64,000 nucleotides of DNA from Geosiphon pyriformis uo1 (Eukaryota > Fungi > Glomeromycota). Positions 23,860 to 35,599 of this stretch are shown here, in pieces. Every line of letters starts with the position of its first letter. Within the stretch, counting starts at the first letter, position 1. The DNA lies in assembly GCA_016748015.1 (NCBI GenBank), contig JAAOMT010000718.1, forward strand, positions 434,001-498,000, read 5' to 3'. The translations under genes were made by a program, and so were the position numbers. Under the pieces are notes generated by a model. That model did not search any database, was not told the DNA's origin, and worked only from the letters and a program-made list of their open reading frames with translations.

Positions 23860-25100
23860 TAATATTGTCTCATTCTTGAAAAGCTATCAACATTGGTGTG
23901 TAGTTTTCCTGGTTTGTGATGTACAATGTATCTGTAGTCTGCTAGGAAGTCATTCTATTGAGACTGTTTGGCACTTTGTTCAGTTTTTTTTTTATTAAGC
24001 CATTTAAAACCAATATTGTCAGTTATTATGTCAAATTCTTTTCCATTCTTCAGGTATTGTTAAAAGTGTTTGAGAGCCCAGATAACTGCAGCGGCTTCCA
24101 ATTCAGTTGAGCCATATTTGAGTTCTGTTGGCTTGAGTGTTCTGCTGGCATAGACAATAACTTGTTCCTGGCCATTTTCATCCAATTGTGATAAGATGGC
24201 ACCAAATGCTATGTGTGAAGCATCAATGGCTAATTGGAATCGTTTGTTAAAGTCTGGGTAAGTAAGAACTGGGGCTGTTGTCAATTTTGTTTTGAGAGTT
24301 TCAAAAGCTTTTTGTTGTTCTTCAGTCCATTTGTATGGTACATTTTTGTTGATAAGATAATTGAGTAGTTTGGCAATTTCTGAGAATCCTTTTATAAATT
24401 TTTGATAGTAAGAGACTAATCCTACAAATCCTCATAGTTCTGTGGTATTTCTGAGAGTTTGAAAGTTTTTGACAGCACTGATTGTTTTAGGATTTGGTTT
24501 GACTCCATCTTTGCTAACAATGTGTCCAAGGAAGATTAAGCTTGTTTTTCCAAAGTGACATTTTTTAATATTTAACTTTAATCCTGCTTTCCATAATCGT
24601 TGAAAAACTTCTCGCAGGTAAATAAAATAAGTCTCAAAGCTTGGTAAGTATACATCAGTGTTATTAAGATAAACAACTACTGATTGCCACAAGAGTCTTT
24701 TATATACAACATTCATGAGTTGCTGGAATGTTGCTGATACATTGCAGAGTCCAAAAGGCATAACATTGAACTTATAGTTTCCTTCCTGGGTGGTAAATGC
24801 TGTTTTGGATCAGTCTTTTGGGTCCATTTTGACTTGCCAGTATCCACTTTTTAAGTCTAAAGTTGAGAAGAACTTGGCTTTTCCTAAAGCATCTAGCATA
24901 TCATCAATTCTTGAAAGAGAATAAGCATCTTTAATTGTTATACTGTTTAATTGGCAATAGTCAACACAAAATCTGATTTTTCCATTTTTTTTTTTGACAA
25001 GGACTACTGGTGAGACCCAAAGACTTTTTGATGGTTGAATCAATCCGTTATTGAGCATTTTCTGGACTTCTTCTCTGATGAATTGGTGGCTGGCAGGTGG
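23860..25100 (-). pseudogene. Gypsy reverse transcriptase and RNase H
   Basis: SPVVLVKKKNGKIRFCVDY, LDLKSGYWQ, MPFGL, YLNN (YLDD mutated), FLGH, IDAS and ELEAAAVIWAL. Confidence 0.95.
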
Positions 25101-25643
25101 TACTCTGTAAGCTTGCTAACATTTTGGTGGAGCATCTTCTGTATGGATTTGATGTTGAACTATATCCATTTTTCTCAGGTCATTGTTGTCTTTTGCAAAT
25201 ATATCTGCAAATTCAGCTATCAATTGTTTCAATTGTCTTTGTTGTTGAGGTTCTAAGGGACCCATGTTAATTTGAGAGAGTTTTTCTTCTAAAAAGTAGT
25301 AGTTTTCAGTAGTGGGAATAATATTTGGATTTGGAAGTAGAGTGTGCCTTACAATTTCGATGAAATTAGAGACAATTTAAGGGTTTTCATCTTGAAAAAT
25401 ATTGCTGTGTATGATTCCAATCTCTAGTTTGTTTAATAAGACAATAGGGTAATTATTGGAGTTGTAGAATATAACTTGAAATTTTTTCATTCCTTTGGAA
25501 ATATAAACGTTTGGAATTGAGATTTCATGCTTCAAACAGATTTGTTCATTGGATTCAAAGATTTGTTGTGTAGTGGTGGGTTTTGAGCAAGAGTAAATTT
25601 CGTGATGTTCTCCAAAAAGTGAAATGATAATTGGCTGGGGAAG

Positions 25644-26110
25644 TTAAAGAATCTGGTAAGATTTATTTTGTGTATTAAGAACTATGTTTACTGGAACTGT
25701 AAATCGTTCAGTTGAACCAAAACCTTGAGTTCCTCTTTCACTTTTTCCCAATTGTTCTCTGTTGTTTACTGATTGTAATTTTGAAATGTTGATTAAGGGT
25801 AAGTAAATTGCTTGAGCAATTTTTTCAGCATGTTCAATTTTGAATAGTTTGTCTGTCTCATTCTGTAACATAATGGTAATGTCTCCAGTGTATTCTGCAT
25901 CTATAACTTCTTCTCTAATATTGATTTTTTTGCTTGCCAATAATGATCTGGAGGCAATTTGAATCATTGCTTCTGGTAGAATTTCAAGAACAATTTTGAG
26001 ATTAATTTTTGTCAAGGACTTTGGTTGGAGAACCAAAGTATCTTTTCCTGGGTATCTTAAGTCATATCCAGCATCAATTTCGTGTGCTTTTTCTGGTCTG
26101 ATTCCTTGGC
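25644..26110 (-). pseudogene. Trimeric dUTPase domain within gypsy pol
   Basis: All five dUTPase motifs are recognisable: DAGYDL, ASRSLLA, EVIDAEYTG (GVIDxGYxG-like), KIAQAI, RGTQGFGST. Confidence 0.92.
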
Positions 26111-27167
26111 CATGGTTGTCAAAATATTTAAGTTGTAGAGATGGTTGCTTTTCAAGAAGATAGATGAGGGTGGTTGGTAGTTCTTTTACTAGTTTAGATA
26201 CTCCAAATTTGATTTCATTTTCATCATTTTCATCTGGCAGAGGAATGCTAAGAGCATAACATTCTAAACACCATTGGTCATCACAAGACATAACACATTC
26301 TTCACACAATTAAATGTTCATTTGTTCTAATTATTGAATTTGAGCTTCTTTGGTCGGATATGTGTGGCTTGCAATTTGGTGGTAGGTTTCTACTTCATCT
26401 TCATAATCAAATCCAGCTAATTCCATGGTATACTCAATGTATTTAGCTTCTTTTATTTGGCAGACATCTTCTTGGGTGGCTCCATTGATTAATGCCATTG
26501 CTAGGTCAAAAATCATTTCAGCATCATGAGGGTAGTGGTAAAGTTTATTGAGAGCACTGTTGTATGCTACATCAAATGGTGTTTCTCTTCTGACTTTTTC
26601 CGAAATTGATAGAGCATATTAACAGGTCTGATCACATACTCTTCCTCTTATTGCTACATCAATCTAATTGCATTCTTTTGGTAGCCTTTCTTCACAAGTA
26701 AGGCAAGGAGTTTTGTCCCATTTTCTACTTCTCTTTAGAAATCCAAATCGTTTTCTATGGCATGTCTTGCAAAAGTAACAAGTGTGAGTTTCATATTTCT
26801 CTTTTGGGGAAATACAGGCTCCTATAGATGAAAGCTTTTTTTTGCAATCTTTGCATTTTAGTGGAATGTATGATGGTTCTGGTGTGGAATATCTAATTTT
26901 CTTCTATCCTTTTGATTCTTCAAAAATCTCTTGTTTTGTTTCCTCAGCCCAATTAGATGGTGATCCAAGAGCCATGTAGGTTTCAGTAAATAGCATTTTC
27001 TTCTCTTCTTCAAATTCAAATACTGGAGCTTTTTCTGATCATTTGTTAAAGGTACTACAGGTTGCAGGTACTATGATATATTGTCCTTGGTATGAGATTT
27101 TAAGTTTTTGAGTTTCCCAATTCAGGTTTGCATTGGCCTTGAAAAGCCAATCATTTTCGACTAGAGC

Positions 27168-27419
27168 TTAGTATTGGGGTGCATTCATAACAAGAACTTT
27201 AACTGGAATGGTGATTCCATTAATTGTAAAGGGGAAATCATTAATTTCTCCTACTGGAGTCTTCTTTATACCATTAGCTGTGACAATAACTGTTTGAGCT
27301 GGTCTGTTTATGTTTTGTTTGAGTTGTTGCATCAGCTGGTAAGTGATGATACTTTCAGCCAATCCACTATCTAAGATTAAGCAAATGGGTTTTCCTTCTA
27401 TTGTAGCTTCTGTGTACAT
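27168..27419 (-). pseudogene. Gypsy aspartic protease
   Basis: LILDSGLAES active-site motif, with a downstream LVEND (LLGxD-like) segment. Confidence 0.85.
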
Positions 27420-27989
27420 AGCAGTAATTGCTTTCTGTTTATTGACTGCTATATTACTAAGCAGAAATGGTGATTTATTTGCTTCAAATTCAAATAGAAA
27501 TATATCTGACAGATTGGCATTTTGGGTAATTTGAGCTGGTGGAATGGTGTGGTTGGAAGGGTTTGATTTTGGTGCTGCAACTTCATCTTCAGAAAGTGCA
27601 GTTTGTTGAAAATCCGATTTTTCTGGTATTGTAAGATAACTAGGTTGAGTGTGATAGCGATTGGGTCTTTGCTAACCAAAATTTTGGGAAACCAACTGGT
27701 TATTTGGATTAATTCTGTTGTTGTTACTCTGCAATTGATTTTGGGGTGTGGATTGGTTATGTTGAACCAATCTTCTTGCTGGTACTTGATATTGTTGAGT
27801 GGGTGGTGTCTGATATGGCTGAATTGGTAAAAGTTGCTAATATTGTTGCTGTATTGGTTGTGGAACTGGTGGATAGTAACTGTTTTGATTTTGTGGTCTT
27901 GGTGAATAATAGGTTGGTGGTGGAGATTGGTAATAAGATTGTTGTAGTGAAGAGTAATATTAATTACTCCTGTTTTGTTGGTCTCTTTG

Positions 27990-29400
27990 TAATTTCCTAC
28001 AATCTCATTTCTAGTGTTCTGGAATTCCACAATAATGACAATTTTGAGGTTGGTTGTTGGATGGTAATCCAAAATTGTTTTGGTTGTGTCATTGTGGGAG
28101 TTGATATCTTTGTGGTTGTTGTTGGTTTGTAAAGTAGCTTTCAACTTTTTTTGTGAGTTGGTCTATCTTCTTTTCAGCTGCTGAGCTGGTTTCTCCAATT
28201 GCAAGATTTACAAGCTTGGTGTGATTTGCTTCTTCCATTGTCATTTCATAGCTCTTTGCATATCTAATAACAGTTGCTAAGTCTGCTGGAACATGTGGAC
28301 AGAGTTTCTTAATCAGTTTGTCTTTTAACCCTGCTATAAACTGATGCAAAATTTGAGCATCAGAATAGTAGTTGTTGGTTTCCAATTGTTGAATTCATCT
28401 AAGAAGTTTGTTAAATCTTCCAAGATAAGTCATAACAGTTTTAGATGTTTCTTGTTTGATATTGTGAAAGCGGTTTCTGAGAGTGATAGAGGTATTGTTG
28501 TCAGTAAATTGTTATAGAAAAGCATCTTTGAATGCTTGCCAGTTTTCAAATAATTCTTCTAAATTTTCAAACCATTCTTTTGTTGTTCTTTGGAGAAAGT
28601 AGGGAATTGCTTTAAGCATTCTTGCTGCAATCCAACCATTTGCATCTCCTGCTTTTTGAACTTTGTCAAGCCATTTTTGAGGACTAGTGTCATTATCTTC
28701 ACCTGTGAATTCTGGAATCTTTGCAATGTAAGCAGTTGCCATTTTCTTTTCATTTTCTGTGGCTTCTTCTTGTTCTGATTCAGTTTCTTCACTTTCCAAA
28801 TTTTCTGAATGATCACTTTTGTTTTCCTGCAAGTATTCAATAATATTGGTGCTTGTTGATATAGGTTTCTGCTGTTGAATAGGATTTCTAGGTAACTGAA
28901 AATCTTCTGGTCTGAAAAAGCGGTTAAGTGGTGAATTTGGTGTTTGTGGTCAAGCAAGTGAAATTAGAAATGGTGTGATAGAAAGTGGTAATTTGACACT
29001 GGTTTCTTGTTCAAGTGTTTGCAAGTGTTTGGCAGTTGTCTTTGGTAGTATTGGAGTGTTTGGAGCAGTTTTTGAGTGTTGTTTCACTTTTTGTTTGCCT
29101 TTGTTGTCTATTTCTGTTTCTGATTCAAAGTCAAAAGAGTATTTAAACTGTACTGGGTATTTTTCTTCACAATACTTGATAATGTTGTAATTGAGTTCTT
29201 GAAAGTAGGTGACAAGTGTTTTACTGTTAAGGTCTTCAGTTCTCAATTGTGAATAGTGTATTAGATTATTGTAGAGGTTGCTTCTCACTTCTGAAATATT
29301 GTAATTTCCAAGAAGATAATTGTTAATATGGTTTTCAATGTATTGGTAGAATGTTCTTTCAACAATTTCAATTCCATCTGGGATGTTGAATTTCTGCTTG
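27990..29400 (-). pseudogene. Gypsy gag (capsid-like domain + CCHC knuckle)
   Basis: IPEFTGEDNDTSPQKWL...ANGW, QFIAGLK, and the knuckle CHYCGIPEH*K*DC at ~27998-28040. Confidence 0.85.
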
Positions 29401-29490
29401 CAATGGGTGTAAATTGACTAATAATACTTTAGAGTTGTTGTGTCTGGTATGGTTGTCACTTTGAAGTTTGTTGTTTGCTGTATTATTTTC

Positions 29491-29504
29491 ATAGAAAAGC
29501 ACCA
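29491..29504 (-). other. Primer-binding site (PBS)
   Basis: TGGTGCTTTTCTAT begins 2 nt after the 5' LTR; TGG is complementary to the tRNA CCA end. The cognate tRNA was not identified. Confidence 0.7.
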
Positions 29505-29506
29505 AA

Positions 29507-30514
29507 TGTTACTGGAAGTTTTTGGTCTCTTTTCTTGAATGTTGTAACTGTCTGTTGGTTGCAAATTCACGTTTTCTAGAAGTAGTTAAACCTCCAATAA
29601 CTGAATTTATCTTCAAATTATCTCTTATAATTTGAACTGCTGGACTTATAAGTGGAATGGCCAATTTCTTGCCAGTTACTTTATGTAGTTACATTGTAGT
29701 AAATGTCAACTCTTTCCCAGGAATTGCTCATCTGGAAGTTCACTAAAAATGTGTAGTTACTTTGCTGTGAAAGTCAATTCTTTTACAGGAATCTTGTCTG
29801 TAGGCTACACTAATGATTGTAATAAGAAAAGAAAAGAAAAATAAAAGAAATATAAAAGAAATAGGATTTTATCAAGGAAAACGTTTTCTATCCAGGCCTG
29901 GAGTCACTAACAGTTTACTGAAATTGGTAGCTAATCAATTTCAAAATGTTAATTGGGTTTTGGGAATTTTCTAAGTGCAATGATTAAAGAATTTGGTTTT
30001 TTCAATTTATTTGATATTTTTTTTTTTGTGTGTAAGAATGGTCCTAAGTGATAAATTTAAAGTAAGATACATTTTCTTGAAAAGAAAAGCTCTTTTTTTA
30101 TACAACTTGTTGTAGTACTAGTCTATGAACTTGCACTTTTTCTCTTTGCTCAAATTTCGGCAAACTAAAGATACATTTTGATGAACTACAAGTTATTTTG
30201 CTAAACTATTGATTAATTTGGATGAACTATTCATAATTTCGGCGAATTTCTATAAATTTCGGTGAATTTCATATAAATTTTGGCAAATTTTTGTAAATTT
30301 CGGCAAATTTTAGAATGTTACAAAGTTCAGTGTATTGTGTAATTTGATCATTTTACTTTCTGTTGTACTAATTAGATTATTAATTGAATCATGATATGTG
30401 ATAAATTGATTAAATAATAAGTAATAATTTGGATTGATATTAACATGTTAATTACTAATAGGAATTATAAGGATAATTTCATGCTAATTAATAGCTAAAA
30501 TTCTACTGGTAACA
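29507..30514 (-). repeat. 5' LTR of the gypsy element
   Basis: Direct repeat of 20545-21556, adjacent to the PBS and gag. Confidence 0.95.
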
Positions 30515-33500
30515 CCATATTTCCTAAGAGACTTCCTCACATCCAGATAACTACTTACACCCAAAACATCTAGGATTGGCACATCAGACCCAGCTTTAAA
30601 AACGTTAGAGAGAGTACCACACAAGGAAGTGTTGCACAAAGTGAGAGCATACGTAGCACCAGCCAAAAAACAATTCAAAGGATTAATTGGTAGTGTAATT
30701 AGAAAATATAAAGAGTACTGGGATATCCAGCTGGCCGCCTGTAAGTCCATCGCTCTGTGGTCAAAAAATCTGCCAAGAGTCCCATTCGTATTGCTAAAGT
30801 TGACCAGATTGGCCATCAAATTTTCAGTAAGCACCTGTTTAAAAAGCTTCAGGTTATACAACTCGGGATAATGCAGTGTTATGCTAAGAAAGTCCTTAAG
30901 CAAATTTGCTTTGAGCTTAAGACCTTTTTTCAACAACTTGTCACATTTTTTACAAACACTCTTAGAAGCAAAGCTAAACTGAAGTCTGTAGCAAACAATA
31001 GGTTGTAGAACAGTAGAGACCAAATACAAAAATTGTTTTTCAGTAATTGCTTTCCTCAAAACCACATTTGAAAAAAATCTGACATCAGTATGAGCTTTGA
31101 CTAGATTCAGCTTGGACAAGTCCTCAGTAAACAGAAAAATTCCCAAATAATGATGAGATTCACTCTTCTTAGCCACTGAAATCCTTGATCCACTAATGGA
31201 TAACTCAGTCTTTTGGACACCTTGTTTGATAGGAATGGCAACAGTTTTATTAGTATTTATTGAAATGTTATTAATAGAAAAAAACTCACTAGCTATATTC
31301 AAAATGTTTTGCATTGCCATCAAGCAGTTCCCAATTCAAATTGTGTCATCAACAAATGCACCCACTGTGAAAAAAGAAGTTTTGCTATTATTCAGATTTG
31401 GTCTATTAGACCTAGTGTGGAAATTTGAGCACATCCTGTAACCATACAACTGTTCATGTTTTTTGACTTCACAAAGCAATAAGTCATAAAAGATCCACCA
31501 CAGAAGTGGTGAAAATACCTCTCCTTGATCTAGACTATTATGTACAATATAACCATCAGACAGACTAAAATTCATCATAATTCGATTACATCTTCCATTG
31601 TATATACCACCAAAAAAGTTTATGAAGCGAAGGCACATTTTGATCCTGATTAGACTGTTTTGCAAATAGGTTCAACCAACAGAGTCATAAGCTTTGTGCA
31701 TATTTTGAAGAACCAACCACAACTCTCTATCTTTCTCCAAAGCATCCTCAACAATTGAGCCAACAGCAAAAATTGGGGATTGTGTGGAAGTGTTCTTCAA
31801 TACTGAGAAATTGTTATTCTACAAAACATCGAACCTACTACAAGCCAAAGAAATTCTGTCTGAAAGAATTTTAGACAAGATTTTCTGAGCAGTTTCAATT
31901 AGTGCTATTGGCCTAGTGTTGGTGAGAGTGCCTTTCCAATCATATGGTTTAGGAATCATGGAGACCCAAGATTCCCTCCACTGTGTGGAAACACTACCAG
32001 ATTTCAAATACCTATTGAGTAAACTCAGAAGACTATTGAGAACCAGAAAACCACTGTGTTTCCATAGTTCATTGGGAATTCCAGAAAGCCCAGCAGCTTT
32101 GCCATCAGGCAATTTCTTGACAACTACCAAAAGTTTGTCCAGACTAATATCACTCATGACTCCTGAGAAGCATCATCAGCAACATAATCCAAAGGAGCAT
32201 ATTGGTCAAGCCACCGAACCAGAAAAACACCAGAGACCAAGTGCTTTCTTGTCCAACCTTCCATTATAGTATCAACTGAAGACTTGACAGCCTGAGGCTC
32301 TAAGATAAGCTTATCATCAACAATCAAATGATCAAGAACAACTTTTCTAAAAGGCTGATCTAAAATGTTTTTTATTATTCTCTTCTTATCTGAGCAAAAA
32401 TTTTCCATATGCTTTGCCACAGCCGCTCTGATAGACTCATCTCTGACAACCCTGAATTTATGATATTTGGATTTGCGGTATCCTTTTTTGACAACTGAAA
32501 TGTGATGTACAATGTCCTCAATTCTAGTGTCCCTATTAATCATATTTTGAACCTTGAATGCTTTAATATTGTTTAAGTCTGCCCAAGTGTTAACCAAATG
32601 GTCAGTCTTCAAACTCAGACCAGTTTTCATACTATTGACAATCTTGAACATCAGCAGCTCTAATCCATGAAATTTTGAAGAGATTTTGTTTCTTACACAA
32701 TTGAATTCACTATATCAGAGTCTAGAGAAAATTGCATCAGCAAAACTAATTGTTATTCTTTTAAGAACATCTCACATGCCATCCAAATTACCACAACTTT
32801 CCACATCATGAAATACAACTAACTTTTCCAAAAACTTGACTGAAAAGCATTCCATAAAACACTTCCAGCCATCAGCATCCATGTTTTTTAGCTTGAATTT
32901 CCAGCAATTTATATTAGCATGCCTATGTATGCTGGCCAAATACACATCCAAAAGACCACTTAAGCCCACTGAGACTGAAACAGCTCTATGATTAGTGTTA
33001 AAAAACTCAGTTACAGATTCCACTTTGTGGCTGGTCACAGCTAAGATCAGGCTCCCATTAACAAAAACATGGTTAATAATTTTCTCAATACCTCTCAAAT
33101 TGCTCCATGTAGAAGCTCTAGCCAAAGAATGTCCACCAAAAGAATTGACCAAACCTAGACTCAAACAGAACCCAAAACTTGCACTTTTTATTGATTTGCC
33201 CTCATTGAAATCACCTCCCAAAACAACAAAATTACTAGAATTGACCACCTGAGCAATGAAGAAATTAATACTGAGTGCCTGTTCAAACTGGTCACCAGAG
33301 AAGACACAAGCATACAAACCAACAATTGAGACTGATACTTTGCCTTTGAAAAGGAGATGCACTGAAATAATGTGACCAGGGACTTCCTCTATCTTAAAAA
33401 CATGTCGAGCCAGAGAACTGTTCATAACTATTACAACCCCAGCCCCAAGATACTCATTATCCAGACCAGATGTGAAAATGTGCACATCATCAAATTTGTT

Positions 33501-33656
33501 CATAATCCATAGTCTAACATTAGACTTCAATTTTGTTTCTGTAACTATAGACACCATATTACCAAACTCTTTGTGCCAACAAATAACATCATCCTGCTTA
33601 GCAGAGACATTAAGACCTCAAACATTACACATAGCAAACTTCTATACCAACTCCAT
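30515..33656 (-). pseudogene. LINE ORF2 N-terminal part: APE endonuclease and reverse transcriptase
   Basis: CNV*GLN, VTETKL, LGGDFN, TNHRAV (APE motifs); RPIALIE, QGEVFSPLLW, AFVDDT, INTNKT (non-LTR RT motifs). Confidence 0.92.
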
Positions 33657-35446
33657 TATTGAGAAAAGAGAGCAAGAGGAACTAAACCAGCATTGTCAAT
33701 TTTGGCTAAGAGGCCCATAACTGTGATTGAAAGATTTCTCAAAGTATCTTTCATCTTAGAAACAACTGAAGCATCAAAAACTGCCACTCCCACAATAGCC
33801 TTACCACTAGTGACTGTGCCTAAACCCTTACTCATCACTATATCCGTCTTTTGATTCTGTGATGAAGGGGTCACTAACAGCTGACATCCAAAGCTAGACT
33901 AGAAAACCATTGGCCCAGGTGAGTCCAATCTCTTAGCCAACTTGTTAACATGTTCCACGAGGCTGACAAAACTACACTCAAAAGTGGCAAACCTATCATT
34001 CAATTCCTTAAACACCATTGGGGTAGGTTTTATCTCCAAAAAGGAACCAGAATTGACCGAACTATTATGGCCAGAAAAAAAAGGGGAAAAAGACCCATTC
34101 ACAATACTTGTCCACAAAGCACCACCAAAAGCAACAGGCCGAGCAATTGGAGCTGAACATTTGGCATAAATGGCTGTCAGTCTACTTTTATCTGTATCCA
34201 AAAGTGCCTGACATGGCAATCTGCCAAAAGGAAAATTCTTACTAGAAGCACAGACCAAAGAAGTATGATCCAACTTCCCATACTTCGTGCACACAGCTAA
34301 GCCAAAATGAGACCAACAAAGATGAGCACCTCTTAACACAGGAGTAGTACCCATAATAGCATCCAATGATTCAGCTGACCCAAAACAAACAATGGCACAC
34401 TTGGTTCAAGCATATGTAACTGGATGGCAATTAATTACACAAGTCTTTCCACTCACAGAGCCAATATAATCCCAGATATCATGAGCATTGGTTCCCACAA
34501 GAAGAGTATAAAGCAGTGCCTTATGTAGATCCTTAGAGTCCCACATTTGTTTATCAAGATCAGCTCTGGCCACACGAACAGCATCTTTTCCAATGAGGAT
34601 AGACCATTTAGAAGCTAAAAGATCAGCCTAATTTTGATCTTCAAACTCGACAATTGCTTTTTGCCATAGGCTCACTAACTGCATCTTGACTAATTTAATT
34701 ATCCCGAATTCAGAAAGTGCAGTGTGCACAGTCTCAACTGATGTTTTAACAGGAATTTTTTTTACCACCACAGCTTGATCTAAATATTCAAATGATTTCT
34801 TGAGATCAGTGTTCACCAGGATCTTCACATCAGTAACCAACTTGGTAGTCTTCATTAAATTCAATTCAGAAGTAAATGTCACCCTGACAATCCCAGCATA
34901 TTTTGAGAGAGTAAAGGCTCCCCCAAAATCAATAATTCTTGAAAACAATTTTCTGACCACCTGAAGCTTTTCATGAGAGAATTTTTTAACCACCTTGTCT
35001 AACCCAATATCTATAGTAAAAGATTTCCAAACAGAAACATTGACCAAATTCTTCATAGGTGGTGGAAGTACCAGAAAGGCATCCAAAAGAACATTATTAT
35101 TATTACTGCTTGAAGAAAAGTCAATTTTTTCCAATGGTTTGCCCAATGCCTTTTTGGTTTTGACTTTTGAGCTCATAGGTGTTTGATCATGATCTCCCCC
35201 AGCAAGAGCACTGCTTTCACCATAATCAAAACTGGTTTTTTCAACCAAACATTTCTTCTCCATATCAATACTTTCAGACTCAGTGGTGTCACCAGTCTCT
35301 GAACTCTATGAGTGATTATTTTGGACTTTAAGACCAACATTTTCACCACCAGAACCATCTTCTAAAACACTGTCTCTCCTTTTCTTTCTCGGAAGAACAG
35401 GTCTGAAACCATTACTAGAACCAGAAACTTTGACAGTCTTCTTTAT
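33656..35446 (-). pseudogene. LINE ORF1 (RRM-like segments, degenerate CCHC, coiled coil)
   Basis: Fragments 34628-35263, 33899-34366 and 33656-33874; CTKYGKLDHTSLVC knuckle with C>Y. The start codon is probably mutated to ATA. Confidence 0.8.
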
Positions 35447-35599
35447 GACAGCAATACTACAGCCAATGGTGGCTTCGTAATTAAGAATAAAGAGTTTAAA
35501 TTTATTATACTCAATTGTAAAAACTTCTTTCAGAAAACTCTTAACTCTTTTTTTAGGATTTTTGAGACAAAGGAAAGAAAGAAGTTTTAATTGTTTTAT

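Larger units (their letters stand above)
20545..30514 (-). mobile_element. Ty3/gypsy (Metaviridae) LTR retrotransposon, ~9.97 kb, degenerate
   Basis: Two ~1-kb direct LTRs with TGTTAC...GTAACA ends, 4-bp TSD CCAT (20541-20544, 30515-30518), domain order gag-PR-(Cys-rich)-dUTPase-RT-RH-IN, and PBS and PPT. Confidence 0.96.
18873..35590 (-). mobile_element. Full-length degenerate LINE (ORF1 + ORF2 APE-RT-RNaseH-zinc finger), interrupted by the gypsy element
   Basis: Colinear ORF1, APE, RT, RNase H, Cys/His domain, 3' tail and poly(A) (T-run 18873-18882). Removing 20545-30514 plus one CCAT rejoins ...SLRKYG|LIFANQLLD in frame. The 5' end is approximate. Confidence 0.92.
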
